17,291 nt of DNA from a virus (IMGVR_UViG_2541047683_000005), one strand, 5' to 3'; positions 8,949 through 16,076 are shown, counted from the stretch's first letter. Notes: generated from the letters alone by a model not told the origin. Translations and numbers: made by a program.

Positions 8949-9374
8949 TTAAAACGGTATCCCGTCCCCGTACGGATCATCGTGCTGGCCTGTCTGTTGC
9001 TGTGCCCTGTTCAGTGCATCAGTAGCCTGCCCCTGCTGGCCTTTTTTGCCGCCCGGTCGCGCCGTTCGCGCACTGATTACGCTGTCTGCGATAACCTGCC
9101 ATCCCTGCCTCGTTTCGCCGTTCTGGCCCGTCCACCGGCTCACCTGCATGTTACCGGCCACGCTCACCAGTTCGCCTTTGTGGTGTTTTGCCAGTGCGTC
9201 AGCCTGTCTGCCAAACGCCAGGACGGATAACCACATCGTCGCCGTTCCGTCATCTGCCTGATTGCATGGAAGAGGGACCGCCATACTCGCCATCGCCATT
9301 TGTGTGCCCTTGCTGGTGGTCTTTAACTGCGGGTCAGCCACCAGCCGCCCGTAAGCTGATATTTGCGCCGTCAT
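8949..9374 (-). CDS. ssb: Single-stranded DNA-binding protein (SSB)
   Basis: 141 aa with an OB-fold-like N-terminus, a Gly/Gln-rich linker and an acidic C-terminal tail ending DDPYGDGIPF (canonical SSB tail ends DDDIPF). ATG at 9374 with GGAGA upstream. Confidence 0.85.
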   Translation of the reverse strand: MTAQISAYGRLVADPQLKTTSKGTQMAMASMAVPLPCNQADDGTATMWLSVLAFGRQADALAKHHKGELVSVAGNMQVSRWTGQNGETRQGWQVIADSVISARTARPGGKKGQQGQATDALNRAQQQTGQHDDPYGDGIPF

Positions 9375-9434
9375 GCTGTTTGTTCTCCGGTTTTAACGTG
9401 ATAGTTACGCTTGTTTACACTCTTACAGTGAAAT

Positions 9435-9563
9435 TTTGCGGGTTACAATCGCACATTTGCGGGTTATAACTGCCGTTTTGCGGGTTACGTGCGGGTTATT
9501 GATTTCCTTTTTAATCATGCAGTTAATTAACTTATACACAGGATAACCCGCATAACCCGCAAC
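9435..9563. repeat. Iteron array with adjacent AT-rich tract: putative origin of replication
   Basis: Four direct copies of GCGGGTTA (three as TTTGCGGGTTA) starting at 9438, 9459, 9480 and 9491 (spacing 21, 21, 11 bp). An AT-rich tract follows at 9499-9540, then two inverted copies TAACCCGC at 9544-9551 and 9553-9560. Located between the replication gene stop (9585) and the ssb start (9374). Confidence 0.75.
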
Positions 9564-9584
9564 TTTTTACCTCACACAGGGAAG

Positions 9585-11711
9585 TTAATCTTCTGCTTCA
9601 GGCTGGAACATCAGCACGTAAAAAATATGCTGCTTCCCGCCAATCCTGCCGAGCGCCTTTTTCTTGTAACGGCGGTCGCCTCCCGCTTCCAGCATTCCGG
9701 CAGCACTCAACGCGCGGGCAAAGTGGGACGGGTTAAATCCCTGTGCGATCTCCCCCTCAAACACATGCGGAAACGTGTAAAAACGGAACTCATCATCTTC
9801 ATTTCTGATACTCCCCTTTCTGTATCCGGCAAGGTCTTTAATCGGTAAATCACGCTCATCGCTGTTTGGGTAGGGAAGGTATCTACTGAACCCGAACGAC
9901 GACAAAAACGCCTCAGCCTGTTCAACCATCTGTTTAAATTCCCTGTTGCCCGTGCCGAATTCCTTCACCCAGGCATTAAAGTTATGCTGAACTGCATCAC
10001 GGCACGCCTGAACATCCCAGCCTGTAACATGACCGGAAAGCACAAGCGCGGCCTCCAGTACGGCGAATCTTTCCCCCACGCGGTGAACCTGCTCGCCGTA
10101 GCTCTCCGGTATCAGGTTGCGCCACCGCTCGCGACATGCCCTTACCGCGTCCTTTGCCTCCTGCTGGTGGCCTGCCAGCCATTTAACCCACTCACGACCT
10201 GCCGCCCCGTGATTTTCTGTCCAGGCATCTTTTAACGCGTCTGCGTGCGCCTTTCCGGTGCTGTATTCGTGAAACTGCGAGGCCTTTTCCATCGGCACGT
10301 TAAGCAGACGGACAAGCTGCCCCGCTTTAATTTTTATCCCTTCCGTTTTGAGGAATGTTTCAACGTCCATTTCTCCGGTGCTGATTGCCACCGTGCGCCA
10401 GTGTTTTATCTCCCTGTTGCCGCCGTCCTTCGCCCCCTGTAATTTCCCGGAACCGTTAAACAGCGTATAGGCTGACGTGGACACCTCCCGCGCGTTTCCG
10501 GCCTGGCCTATTTCATCCAGGGGTAACAGCCCGTCATTATGTGCTTCGGCCTCGTTGGCGATACCTAACGCCGTTCCGTACCAGGTCAGCCGTTGCGCGT
10601 CCGGCTCTCCCCATAAACTTGATGCAATGTTCTGTGTGGTGGTTTTACCTGCTGATGATTGCTCAAAAAGATGAACCCCGAAGCCGTCAGCACCCACCAG
10701 CCCGATTAATGGTGCGGATAGCGATACCGCCACACCCAGCATCATGGACGGATTACCACCAGCCAGCCGCGCCACGGTATCGCGCCAGCCCTCCGCTGTT
10801 CCCGCCACGGAATAGCCATTAACTGCGGCAGTTTTTCCGGTAAACAGGATGGGTTTCTCTGATTCACCAATGACCGAACCATCCGGCATGATGTACGCAC
10901 CAAAATGCCAGCCCGTTGTAGTGCTTAGCTGCCATTCCTCATGACTTCCGCTTAACTGCATCCAGTCAGCCAGGATGGCTCTGTATTTGCCGTTGGTCGT
11001 CACGTTAAGACCGTGGTCTTTCAGCAACCGCCAGCCGTCACGGTCACCAATGCCTCCGCACGGGACCGCCATTGTAATGACCTCATGGTTTGCTGGTTTT
11101 TTCCAGCGCATCACGCGGTAATGCTCTTTGCCGATTGTTCCTGTTCCCAGTAGTTCAAGCGGAGAACATAACCACGTCTCAGGCCGGATAATTTCGCCTG
11201 ACTGCTTGTCCACTTTGGGCGTTACCCAGAAAACACCATCGACGCGACTTTCAACACGAGGCTTTAATTCGTCATCATAATTTCCGGTGAAATTTGTCTT
11301 TGCCGGAAGGTTGATCACCAGACTGTTACCGCGTTCCGCATCATCCTTCAGTCCAGCCATGCGCGGTGTCCAGTCCTCCGGCTGCTGGTCAACAAAGCTG
11401 CGGTAGCAACGCGCCTCCTTCACACCCGCCACTGCAAGCAGTGTCGCTATCTGTGTAAGGTGCTGCTCTGATATTTCACCAGCACGATAAACGCGCACGT
11501 AATAGCGCCCTTTGTCGATGATTTGCGTGTCTGCCAGACTCGCCAGTTGTTCCGGTCCAAGAATAACTGGATGTGTATCATCTGCCGCAATATGCTTTCC
11601 GGCCCATTCGCTCCACTCTTTCGCATGTGCCCAGGCATCACTACCCGCAAAGATAATCACCTCCGTCATTTTGTCTTTCGGCTGGTGCTTTAAATTCGGT
11701 GCGCGTTTCAT
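9585..11711 (-). CDS. Replication protein, 708 aa (primase/helicase-like with P-loop; DUF927-like)
   Basis: Large ORF with a P-loop-like motif (QSSAGKTT) mid-protein. Start ATG overlaps the upstream stop as ATGA (11708-11711). Position between alpA/regulators and the iterons matches pri-rep genes of P4-like and PICI-like elements. Family assignment is from memory of domain architecture, not a search. Confidence 0.7.
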   Translation of the reverse strand: MKRAPNLKHQPKDKMTEVIIFAGSDAWAHAKEWSEWAGKHIAADDTHPVILGPEQLASLADTQIIDKGRYYVRVYRAGEISEQHLTQIATLLAVAGVKEARCYRSFVDQQPEDWTPRMAGLKDDAERGNSLVINLPAKTNFTGNYDDELKPRVESRVDGVFWVTPKVDKQSGEIIRPETWLCSPLELLGTGTIGKEHYRVMRWKKPANHEVITMAVPCGGIGDRDGWRLLKDHGLNVTTNGKYRAILADWMQLSGSHEEWQLSTTTGWHFGAYIMPDGSVIGESEKPILFTGKTAAVNGYSVAGTAEGWRDTVARLAGGNPSMMLGVAVSLSAPLIGLVGADGFGVHLFEQSSAGKTTTQNIASSLWGEPDAQRLTWYGTALGIANEAEAHNDGLLPLDEIGQAGNAREVSTSAYTLFNGSGKLQGAKDGGNREIKHWRTVAISTGEMDVETFLKTEGIKIKAGQLVRLLNVPMEKASQFHEYSTGKAHADALKDAWTENHGAAGREWVKWLAGHQQEAKDAVRACRERWRNLIPESYGEQVHRVGERFAVLEAALVLSGHVTGWDVQACRDAVQHNFNAWVKEFGTGNREFKQMVEQAEAFLSSFGFSRYLPYPNSDERDLPIKDLAGYRKGSIRNEDDEFRFYTFPHVFEGEIAQGFNPSHFARALSAAGMLEAGGDRRYKKKALGRIGGKQHIFYVLMFQPEAED

Positions 11712-12010
11712 TTTTTGCCCCTGAATGCGTTAATCATGTTCTTTATTACCTGAATATTTGCCCGTGCTTTCTCTTTACTGGTGGGCTTACTGCGTGGTGC
11801 TGCACATACCAGTGAAAAATCACGCCGGAACTGATGAACGGGCATCACACAGTCATAGTCGTACCCTGCGCGGCGGTATGTAATGTGCCGTTCATACACG
11901 GAATTAATAACCACGATGTCGCCATATTTATCCCGGAAAATATCCCCGATCCTGATTTTCGGGTGAGTCTGTCCGCTGGCATTTAAGCCAGTAAATTTAA
12001 TCTTCTTCAT
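11708..12010 (-). CDS. Small hypothetical protein, 100 aa (possibly DUF4222-like)
   Basis: ORF translationally coupled to the replication gene (ATGA overlap). Sequence pattern IGDIFRDKYGDIVVINSVYERHITYRRAGYDYDC resembles small conserved prophage proteins; family assignment is tentative. Confidence 0.5.
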   Translation of the reverse strand: MKKIKFTGLNASGQTHPKIRIGDIFRDKYGDIVVINSVYERHITYRRAGYDYDCVMPVHQFRRDFSLVCAAPRSKPTSKEKARANIQVIKNMINAFRGKK

Positions 12011-12012
12011 GT

Positions 12013-12270
12013 TTATTTCCCGGTATGGGGTTCTTCTTTATATTTATGGGCTAACAAATCTGGTAATTGCCTGTATTTATCCTCGGCAATATATTCAGAA
12101 TAATCGACAGCACTGTTCAGTATATCTAACGCCGTTTCATGCTCCAGATTCGAAACTATAAGGAACGTTGCTACTTTTAGCATATTCGCGATATGCAAAA
12201 GAGCATCAATTTCATTTTTTGGCGCTTCGCTGAATTTTTGCTCCAGAAGAATAAATCGTTCATCACGCAT
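12013..12270 (-). CDS. Small hypothetical protein, 85 aa
   Basis: ATG at 12270 with strong SD AGGAGGA 6 nt upstream; overlaps the upstream ORF stop by 8 nt. Acidic, helical-looking protein with no recognised domain. Confidence 0.55.
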   Translation of the reverse strand: MRDERFILLEQKFSEAPKNEIDALLHIANMLKVATFLIVSNLEHETALDILNSAVDYSEYIAEDKYRQLPDLLAHKYKEEPHTGK

Positions 12271-13231
12271 AGTGTTCCTCCTGACGGATGCGGGCAGTAA
12301 ATACCATCACGCAGCCAGCCGGGGATTGCTGACGGGCTTCCTGTTCGCTGGTGGCCTCGATGTGGATTACGCGCGGTTGTGCCGTACTCAGGGCGATAAA
12401 ACGCCAGATAAAATTGTTTTCGCATTTCTGAATAAACAGCGTGTTTTCTTCGCGCCCTTTCCATGTTGCCGAGATATAGCCCATGTCATTGAGCATCTCG
12501 CAGGCATCAACCAGCGTATCAGCGGCTACGTGTACAGTGTTTTTACCGTCAGCTATGCAATCACGGTGCACCGCCAGGAAGGTGTATATAAATTTAGGGT
12601 GAGTTTGGGTATGCTGTGTTCCAGCCATAATCGTTACCTCGTTTAACGGTTTGGTTAGACGCCCTGCATGTGTTGCGAGCACTGCGGGGCGTTGCTCTTT
12701 CAGGTGTATTTCACCTTTGCTTTTTAATTTACTCACTGGTGAAATACACTTCAAGCCTTTTTTTATCATTTTTTTTGCGTATACTGACATACACCAATTT
12801 TTAGGAGATCCAGAAATGGCAACTGGTGCAAAGAACGCAAAATCACAAATGACAACTGTCAGAATCCCACATGAAGTAATGGATGATATTGAGCAACTTA
12901 AAGAACCTGGCGAAAGTACCGCTGGTTTTTTAGTTACTGCCGCAAAAGGCGAGATCAAACGCCGCCAGCGCCGCAAGGCCAAAGAACAGGAATAGCCCAC
13001 CAGCAAGCCAGCACATTCACCATAATGACCCTCGGTTAAAGCTAGGGTCATTACCTCGTCGTTATCCAGAACTGAAACGGCATCAGTAACATTGCTGATT
13101 TCCAGCGCAGCACACACATCAGCGCCAACAAACCACGGCTCGCCGTTGATACTCACTATGCGCACCTGAATGTCATCGAATTTAATGACAGAGATTTCAG
13201 TGCGCCCGGCATAAAAGACAGGTTTACGCAT
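12263..13231 (-). CDS. Bro-N domain protein ORF (322-aa open frame; probably composite, true 3' extent uncertain)
   Basis: ATG at 13231 with GGAGGTGA 6 nt upstream, 2 nt after the antirepressor stop. N-terminal ~70 aa match the Bro-N pattern (INGEPWFVGADVCAALEISN...LDNDE). The middle of the frame is Cys/Ser-rich and looks non-coding: it is antisense to a plus-strand RHH gene and runs through an AT-rich promoter-like region. The last 122 aa have their own SD (GAGGT) and ATG at 12628 and may be a separate gene, 12263..12628. Confidence 0.45.
   Translation of the reverse strand: MRKPVFYAGRTEISVIKFDDIQVRIVSINGEPWFVGADVCAALEISNVTDAVSVLDNDEVMTLALTEGHYGECAGLLVGYSCSLALRRWRRLISPFAAVTKKPAVLSPGSLSCSISSITSCGILTVVICDFAFFAPVAISGSPKNWCMSVYAKKMIKKGLKCISPVSKLKSKGEIHLKEQRPAVLATHAGRLTKPLNEVTIMAGTQHTQTHPKFIYTFLAVHRDCIADGKNTVHVAADTLVDACEMLNDMGYISATWKGREENTLFIQKCENNFIWRFIALSTAQPRVIHIEATSEQEARQQSPAGCVMVFTARIRQEEHYA
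12703..12750. promoter_or_regulatory. Inverted repeat (candidate operator) in the RHH-gene upstream region
   Basis: GGTGTATTTCACC (12703-12715) and GGTGAAATACAC (12738-12749) form a 12/13-bp inverted repeat with a 22-bp spacer, followed by T-runs and a TATACT -10-like hexamer (12780-12785) upstream of the RHH gene SD/ATG. Confidence 0.4.
12816..12995 (+). CDS. Small ribbon-helix-helix (Arc/Mnt/CopG-like) DNA-binding protein, 59 aa
   Basis: ATG at 12816 with SD AGGAGA 7 nt upstream. Protein MATGAKNAKSQMTTVRIPHEVMDDIEQL... has a beta-strand-like TVRIPHEV followed by two helical segments and a basic tail (KRRQRRKAKEQE). Only convincing plus-strand gene; antisense to the long Bro-N frame. Confidence 0.5.
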   Translation: MATGAKNAKSQMTTVRIPHEVMDDIEQLKEPGESTAGFLVTAAKGEIKRRQRRKAKEQE

Positions 13232-13991
13232 GGCTGCTCACCTCCATGCGGCGGGCTAACCAGCGTTGCGAAAGGCGAATTAATTCAGCTTTCCGCTGGT
13301 GGTAGTCCTGGCCTAACTCAATCAGCGTGATATTGCTCTGCTCAAGGTAAGAAAGGTGCTCAAGCTGCAACGTGCTCATGTGGTCGCGTGGTTCGCCTGT
13401 GATGCCGTTCGCCTGCGCCCACTGTTTTGCAGTCATGCCACCCAGCACGATACGCGCCAGCATATTGGCTTCCGTGGTGTAGTGGTGCTGGAGCGTGTTT
13501 TTACCCAGTTCAGCCCGGTACGTCTCCAGCGCGGCGCACATAGGCTTAAAGTGGCTGGCTACGGTGATACGGGCTTTCAGTTCCCGGCGTAACGCTGCGG
13601 AACGTACAGGCGCTATCTTGTGTAGCTCCTCCTCGCATTTGATGAAGTACTGACGAACGGCGCGGCCCTGATCATTGCGTTCGATCATTGCCAGTTCTTT
13701 CGCCATTCCGACACTTAACAGATAGTCTTTACCGGGTCTGCCAGAGTGCTTAATCTTGCTGTAAGCCGCGCCATTCGGGCTTTTCCCCAAATTTGGGGAA
13801 ATTGTTTTATGGACTGAGTAATCGTACCCAATGGTGAAGTCATATTCAGAGATGCGATCAGTGATCCATGTAGAGAAGTCTTTTCCCACGCCCAACGCTT
13901 TGTGTAACGCTTTTGCGCTAACAACAGCGGCTTCACGCCCGCCAATAACGCCGGATGCTACCGGAATAATTGCAGCAAAATTCTTAAGCAT
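13224..13991 (-). CDS. Phage antirepressor, AntA/AntB-domain protein
   Basis: 255 aa. N-terminal region VVSAKALHKALGVGKDFSTWITDRISEYDFTIGYDY...GRPGKDYLLSVGMAKELAMIERNDQGRAVRQYFIKCEEEL matches the AntA/AntB antirepressor signature. ATG at 13991 with GGGGGTGA upstream; overlaps the Rha-like gene by 8 nt. Confidence 0.75.
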   Translation of the reverse strand: MLKNFAAIIPVASGVIGGREAAVVSAKALHKALGVGKDFSTWITDRISEYDFTIGYDYSVHKTISPNLGKSPNGAAYSKIKHSGRPGKDYLLSVGMAKELAMIERNDQGRAVRQYFIKCEEELHKIAPVRSAALRRELKARITVASHFKPMCAALETYRAELGKNTLQHHYTTEANMLARIVLGGMTAKQWAQANGITGEPRDHMSTLQLEHLSYLEQSNITLIELGQDYHQRKAELIRLSQRWLARRMEVSSHA

Positions 13992-14682
13992 GTTTCACCC
14001 CCAGAGACGGCGCTGACGTTATCAGGCTGGCGAACGTCTCCATGCGGCGGGCAACCTCCCGCACCGCTTCGGTCGGTGCCATGCCGTTCTGTATCGCTTC
14101 GTGAAATGCTGCCTGCTCGATTTTCTGCATGACCACCAGCAAACCTAACTGCTGATCGCTGGCTGCCTGGCGTTCACCTGTTACCAATCCGGCAAAACGG
14201 TTTTCTGTGCGTGCCAGATTGATGTAGTGGTGACGTTCTGCACCCAGTGCTTTAAGTCCCTCACGGCTTTCGTGATAGCCCGGCAGATATTCGCGGCGTA
14301 CGGGTTCAGCGGCGCGACGCTTTGCAAATGCCTTTGTAACATCCAGCTTGAAGCGGTTCATGCGTTCATCATCACGACCGCGCACAATGCGACACATGTA
14401 ATCAAACTGATCGCTATTCAGGAGGGCAAACTTATGTTCACGCTCCCCGTTTTGACGGGTTTTTAATCGCTCCGTTTGAAACGGAAGGATGCCCAGTTCA
14501 CGCAATCCGGTTTTGTGCTTCTGAATGAGCGAATAAAGGTTTTTGTGCTTTATGCCAATACGCTCAGCAAATAAGCGGGAATCAATGCGCGACTCTGCTT
14601 TGTGGCGAATCAATATATCGCTCTGGCTGGCTTCAGGCTGAACGAAGCCCTGCCCCTGTACGGGCATATATGGACGGTTCAT
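13984..14682 (-). CDS. Putative phage regulatory protein (Rha-like)
   Basis: 232 aa. Segment DSRLFAERIGIKHKNLYSLIQKH...FALLNSDQFDYM resembles the Rha-family pattern (SR-IAE-GK-H-NVLR-I ... Y-L-D). ATG at 14682 with AGGAG 7 nt upstream. Assignment is moderate. Confidence 0.5.
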   Translation of the reverse strand: MNRPYMPVQGQGFVQPEASQSDILIRHKAESRIDSRLFAERIGIKHKNLYSLIQKHKTGLRELGILPFQTERLKTRQNGEREHKFALLNSDQFDYMCRIVRGRDDERMNRFKLDVTKAFAKRRAAEPVRREYLPGYHESREGLKALGAERHHYINLARTENRFAGLVTGERQAASDQQLGLLVVMQKIEQAAFHEAIQNGMAPTEAVREVARRMETFASLITSAPSLGVKHA

Positions 14683-14758
14683 TGAAAACTCCTGCTGTCG
14701 AATTAAGTTACTTTTATTTGCTAGTGGATAGCTTGGGCAATAACCCGTTGCTATTTAA

Positions 14759-14956
14759 TCAAGCAGCCGTTCCGCGTGATTCGGCAATACGCTGATTGAT
14801 CCATTCGTCAATTTCACTTTCAACGAAAGCAATCGCTCGCGAGCCAATTTTAACTGATGCAGGAAATTTACCTTGCCCCATAAGGCGATAAATCCATGCC
14901 TTGCTATATCCAGTTCTACGCTGAACTTCTGTTAAACGAATAAGCGTATTTGACAT
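14759..14956 (-). CDS. alpA: AlpA-family transcriptional regulator (prophage CP4-57-type regulatory protein)
   Basis: 65 aa. MSNTLIRLTEVQRRTGYSKAWIYRLMGQGKFPASVKIGSRAIAFVESEIDEWINQR matches the AlpA helix-turn-helix and the conserved E-IDEW-xQR C-terminus. ATG at 14956 with GAGGT upstream. Confidence 0.9.
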   Translation of the reverse strand: MSNTLIRLTEVQRRTGYSKAWIYRLMGQGKFPASVKIGSRAIAFVESEIDEWINQRIAESRGTAA

Positions 14957-15026
14957 CTATTTACCTCATAACGTCTACTCAATTTGACGAGGTAATCATG
15001 GCACAGAAATAACGAATATTTTCATA

Positions 15027-15135
15027 CCCTCAGGCCTAATGGTTACCGGAAGGAAATTAACCCTAAGGGTGATGGTAAAATTGACGGAGAAGATAAAAAA
15101 ACACCCTCAGGGTAACAGTAAATCACCCTCAGGGT
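15027..15135. promoter_or_regulatory. Array of helically phased palindromic sites (ACCCTnAGGGT) upstream of alpA
   Basis: Palindromes ACCCTAAGGGT (15060-15070), ACCCTCAGGGT (15103-15113) and ACCCTCAGGGT (15125-15135), plus a half-site-like ACCCTCAGG (15027-15035). Start-to-start spacing is 33, 43 and 22 bp, roughly multiples of one helical turn. Lies in the 194-bp intergenic region between the 265-aa gene stop and the alpA start. Confidence 0.6.
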
Positions 15136-15150
15136 ATGCGGTATGGTGCG

Positions 15151-15948
15151 TTAATCCGGCTTTGCGTTCTTTTGGCTGTTGTCTCGGTTAATAGGGCAGG
15201 CAGTCCTCTCTATGAGCGTTGCAAGAGCATTACTTGCCCCCCACTGCTTAAGCTCCCTGGTTATCGCTTCTTGATTTCCCCTGGTGGCAAAATCATTTTC
15301 TGGATCGTAATTGGCCCACTCTCTGTTTCTAATCTCAATAGCCTTAGCTAATGGGTCTTTATCCCAGTATTTATATAAGTGTATCGGGCGCTCTTGCTCT
15401 AACTGCTCTATCCTTGCCCTTAACTCTGCGTTTTCTTTTTCCAGCCTTGCGATTTGGGATAATAAATCATCCTCTGTACGCAACTCTTTCTTTTCAATAT
15501 CGCGTCCTTGTGCCTCGTCATTTTCAGAAGAGTTAGCGCCTTCCAGCTTCGTTAACGCGTCAAGGACATCGGGAAAAATTGCGAAAATTTCACCCCTTAT
15601 AAATCCAATGTTCTCAAATTCGGGATCTTCCCAATAACCGGACACCAGAAAACCATTTTCATCCCTCTCACCAGGTAAACAACCACGTTTCCGAACCGCA
15701 TTCAGATTTCTATAAAGAACATCATAATCAAATTCATCCCGATACGGGTTACAAAAAGATTCCAACAGCTTAAATTCATTTACTGTGTACAGGCGGATAT
15801 GTTCTCCGCTTATTCTCCTGAGTATCCAAGTTATGACATCTGAAACATCATAATCATCACCAGCGACCTTAAGCACGACCTCAAGAAATTCACGTAAAGA
15901 AATAAAATCTTTTTTGTATTCGTTTAATTCGGCATGAATATCAATCAT
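15151..15948 (-). CDS. Hypothetical protein, 265 aa, with central coiled-coil segment; AT-rich orphan gene between int and alpA
   Basis: The track ORF starts at 15954 but that codon is GTG directly abutting GAGGT. The ATG at 15948 has GAGGT 6 nt upstream and is the preferred start. Contains a heptad-like segment LLSQIARLEKENAELRARIEQLEQE. The gene is visibly more AT-rich than its neighbours. No enzymatic motif recognised. Confidence 0.6.
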   Translation of the reverse strand: MIDIHAELNEYKKDFISLREFLEVVLKVAGDDYDVSDVITWILRRISGEHIRLYTVNEFKLLESFCNPYRDEFDYDVLYRNLNAVRKRGCLPGERDENGFLVSGYWEDPEFENIGFIRGEIFAIFPDVLDALTKLEGANSSENDEAQGRDIEKKELRTEDDLLSQIARLEKENAELRARIEQLEQERPIHLYKYWDKDPLAKAIEIRNREWANYDPENDFATRGNQEAITRELKQWGASNALATLIERTACPINRDNSQKNAKPD

Positions 15949-16076
15949 ACGCACACCTCAGCGTCCTCTACTGTAGTGGCTGTACCAGTCCGTCGAGGTG
16001 TACGGATTTTCGGGAGCGATCCTAGACACAGCCTTTTCTTTCGTCGCTCAAAGTCTACTACTGTATACGCAACCAG

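Noticed and set aside
8288-9469. Plus-strand ORFs antisense to the FinO and ssb genes (8288-8656, 8811-9230, 9046-9261, 9188-9469)
   Set aside because: Shadow ORFs of well-supported minus-strand genes with strong domain signatures. Products are Cys/Arg/Pro-rich.
9627-11724. Small ORFs on both strands inside the replication gene (9627-9848, 9707-9925, 9984-10235, 9997-10182, 10245-10442, 10477-10674, 10541-10822, 11447-11650, 11512-11724)
   Set aside because: All lie within the 708-aa replication ORF, which has a P-loop motif and translational coupling. No independent support.
12177-12646. ORFs 12177-12464 (minus, out of frame) and 12272-12646 (plus)
   Set aside because: They overlap the 85-aa and 122-aa coding regions in other frames or antisense, and lack start signals.
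12651-12815. N-terminal extension of the plus-strand RHH ORF (track start 12651)
   Set aside because: The extension reads through the AT-rich inverted-repeat region and encodes a Cys/Phe-rich stretch. The internal ATG at 12816 has a strong SD, so the short 59-aa form is preferred.
13356-14466. ORFs antisense to or nested in the antirepressor and Rha-like genes (13356-13592, 13715-13945, 13831-14016, 14227-14466)
   Set aside because: Shadow ORFs within well-supported genes.
14741-14748. Single iteron-like 8-mer (ATAACCCG) upstream of the Rha-like gene
   Set aside because: One 7-8 bp match to the iteron core is expected by chance in a 17-kb window, with no second copy or phasing. Noted only as a possible Rep autoregulation site.
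15136-15637. Plus-strand ORFs 15136-15351, 15311-15637, 15351-15536
   Set aside because: Antisense to the 265-aa gene and the palindrome array, low-complexity Ser/Leu-rich products, no SD.
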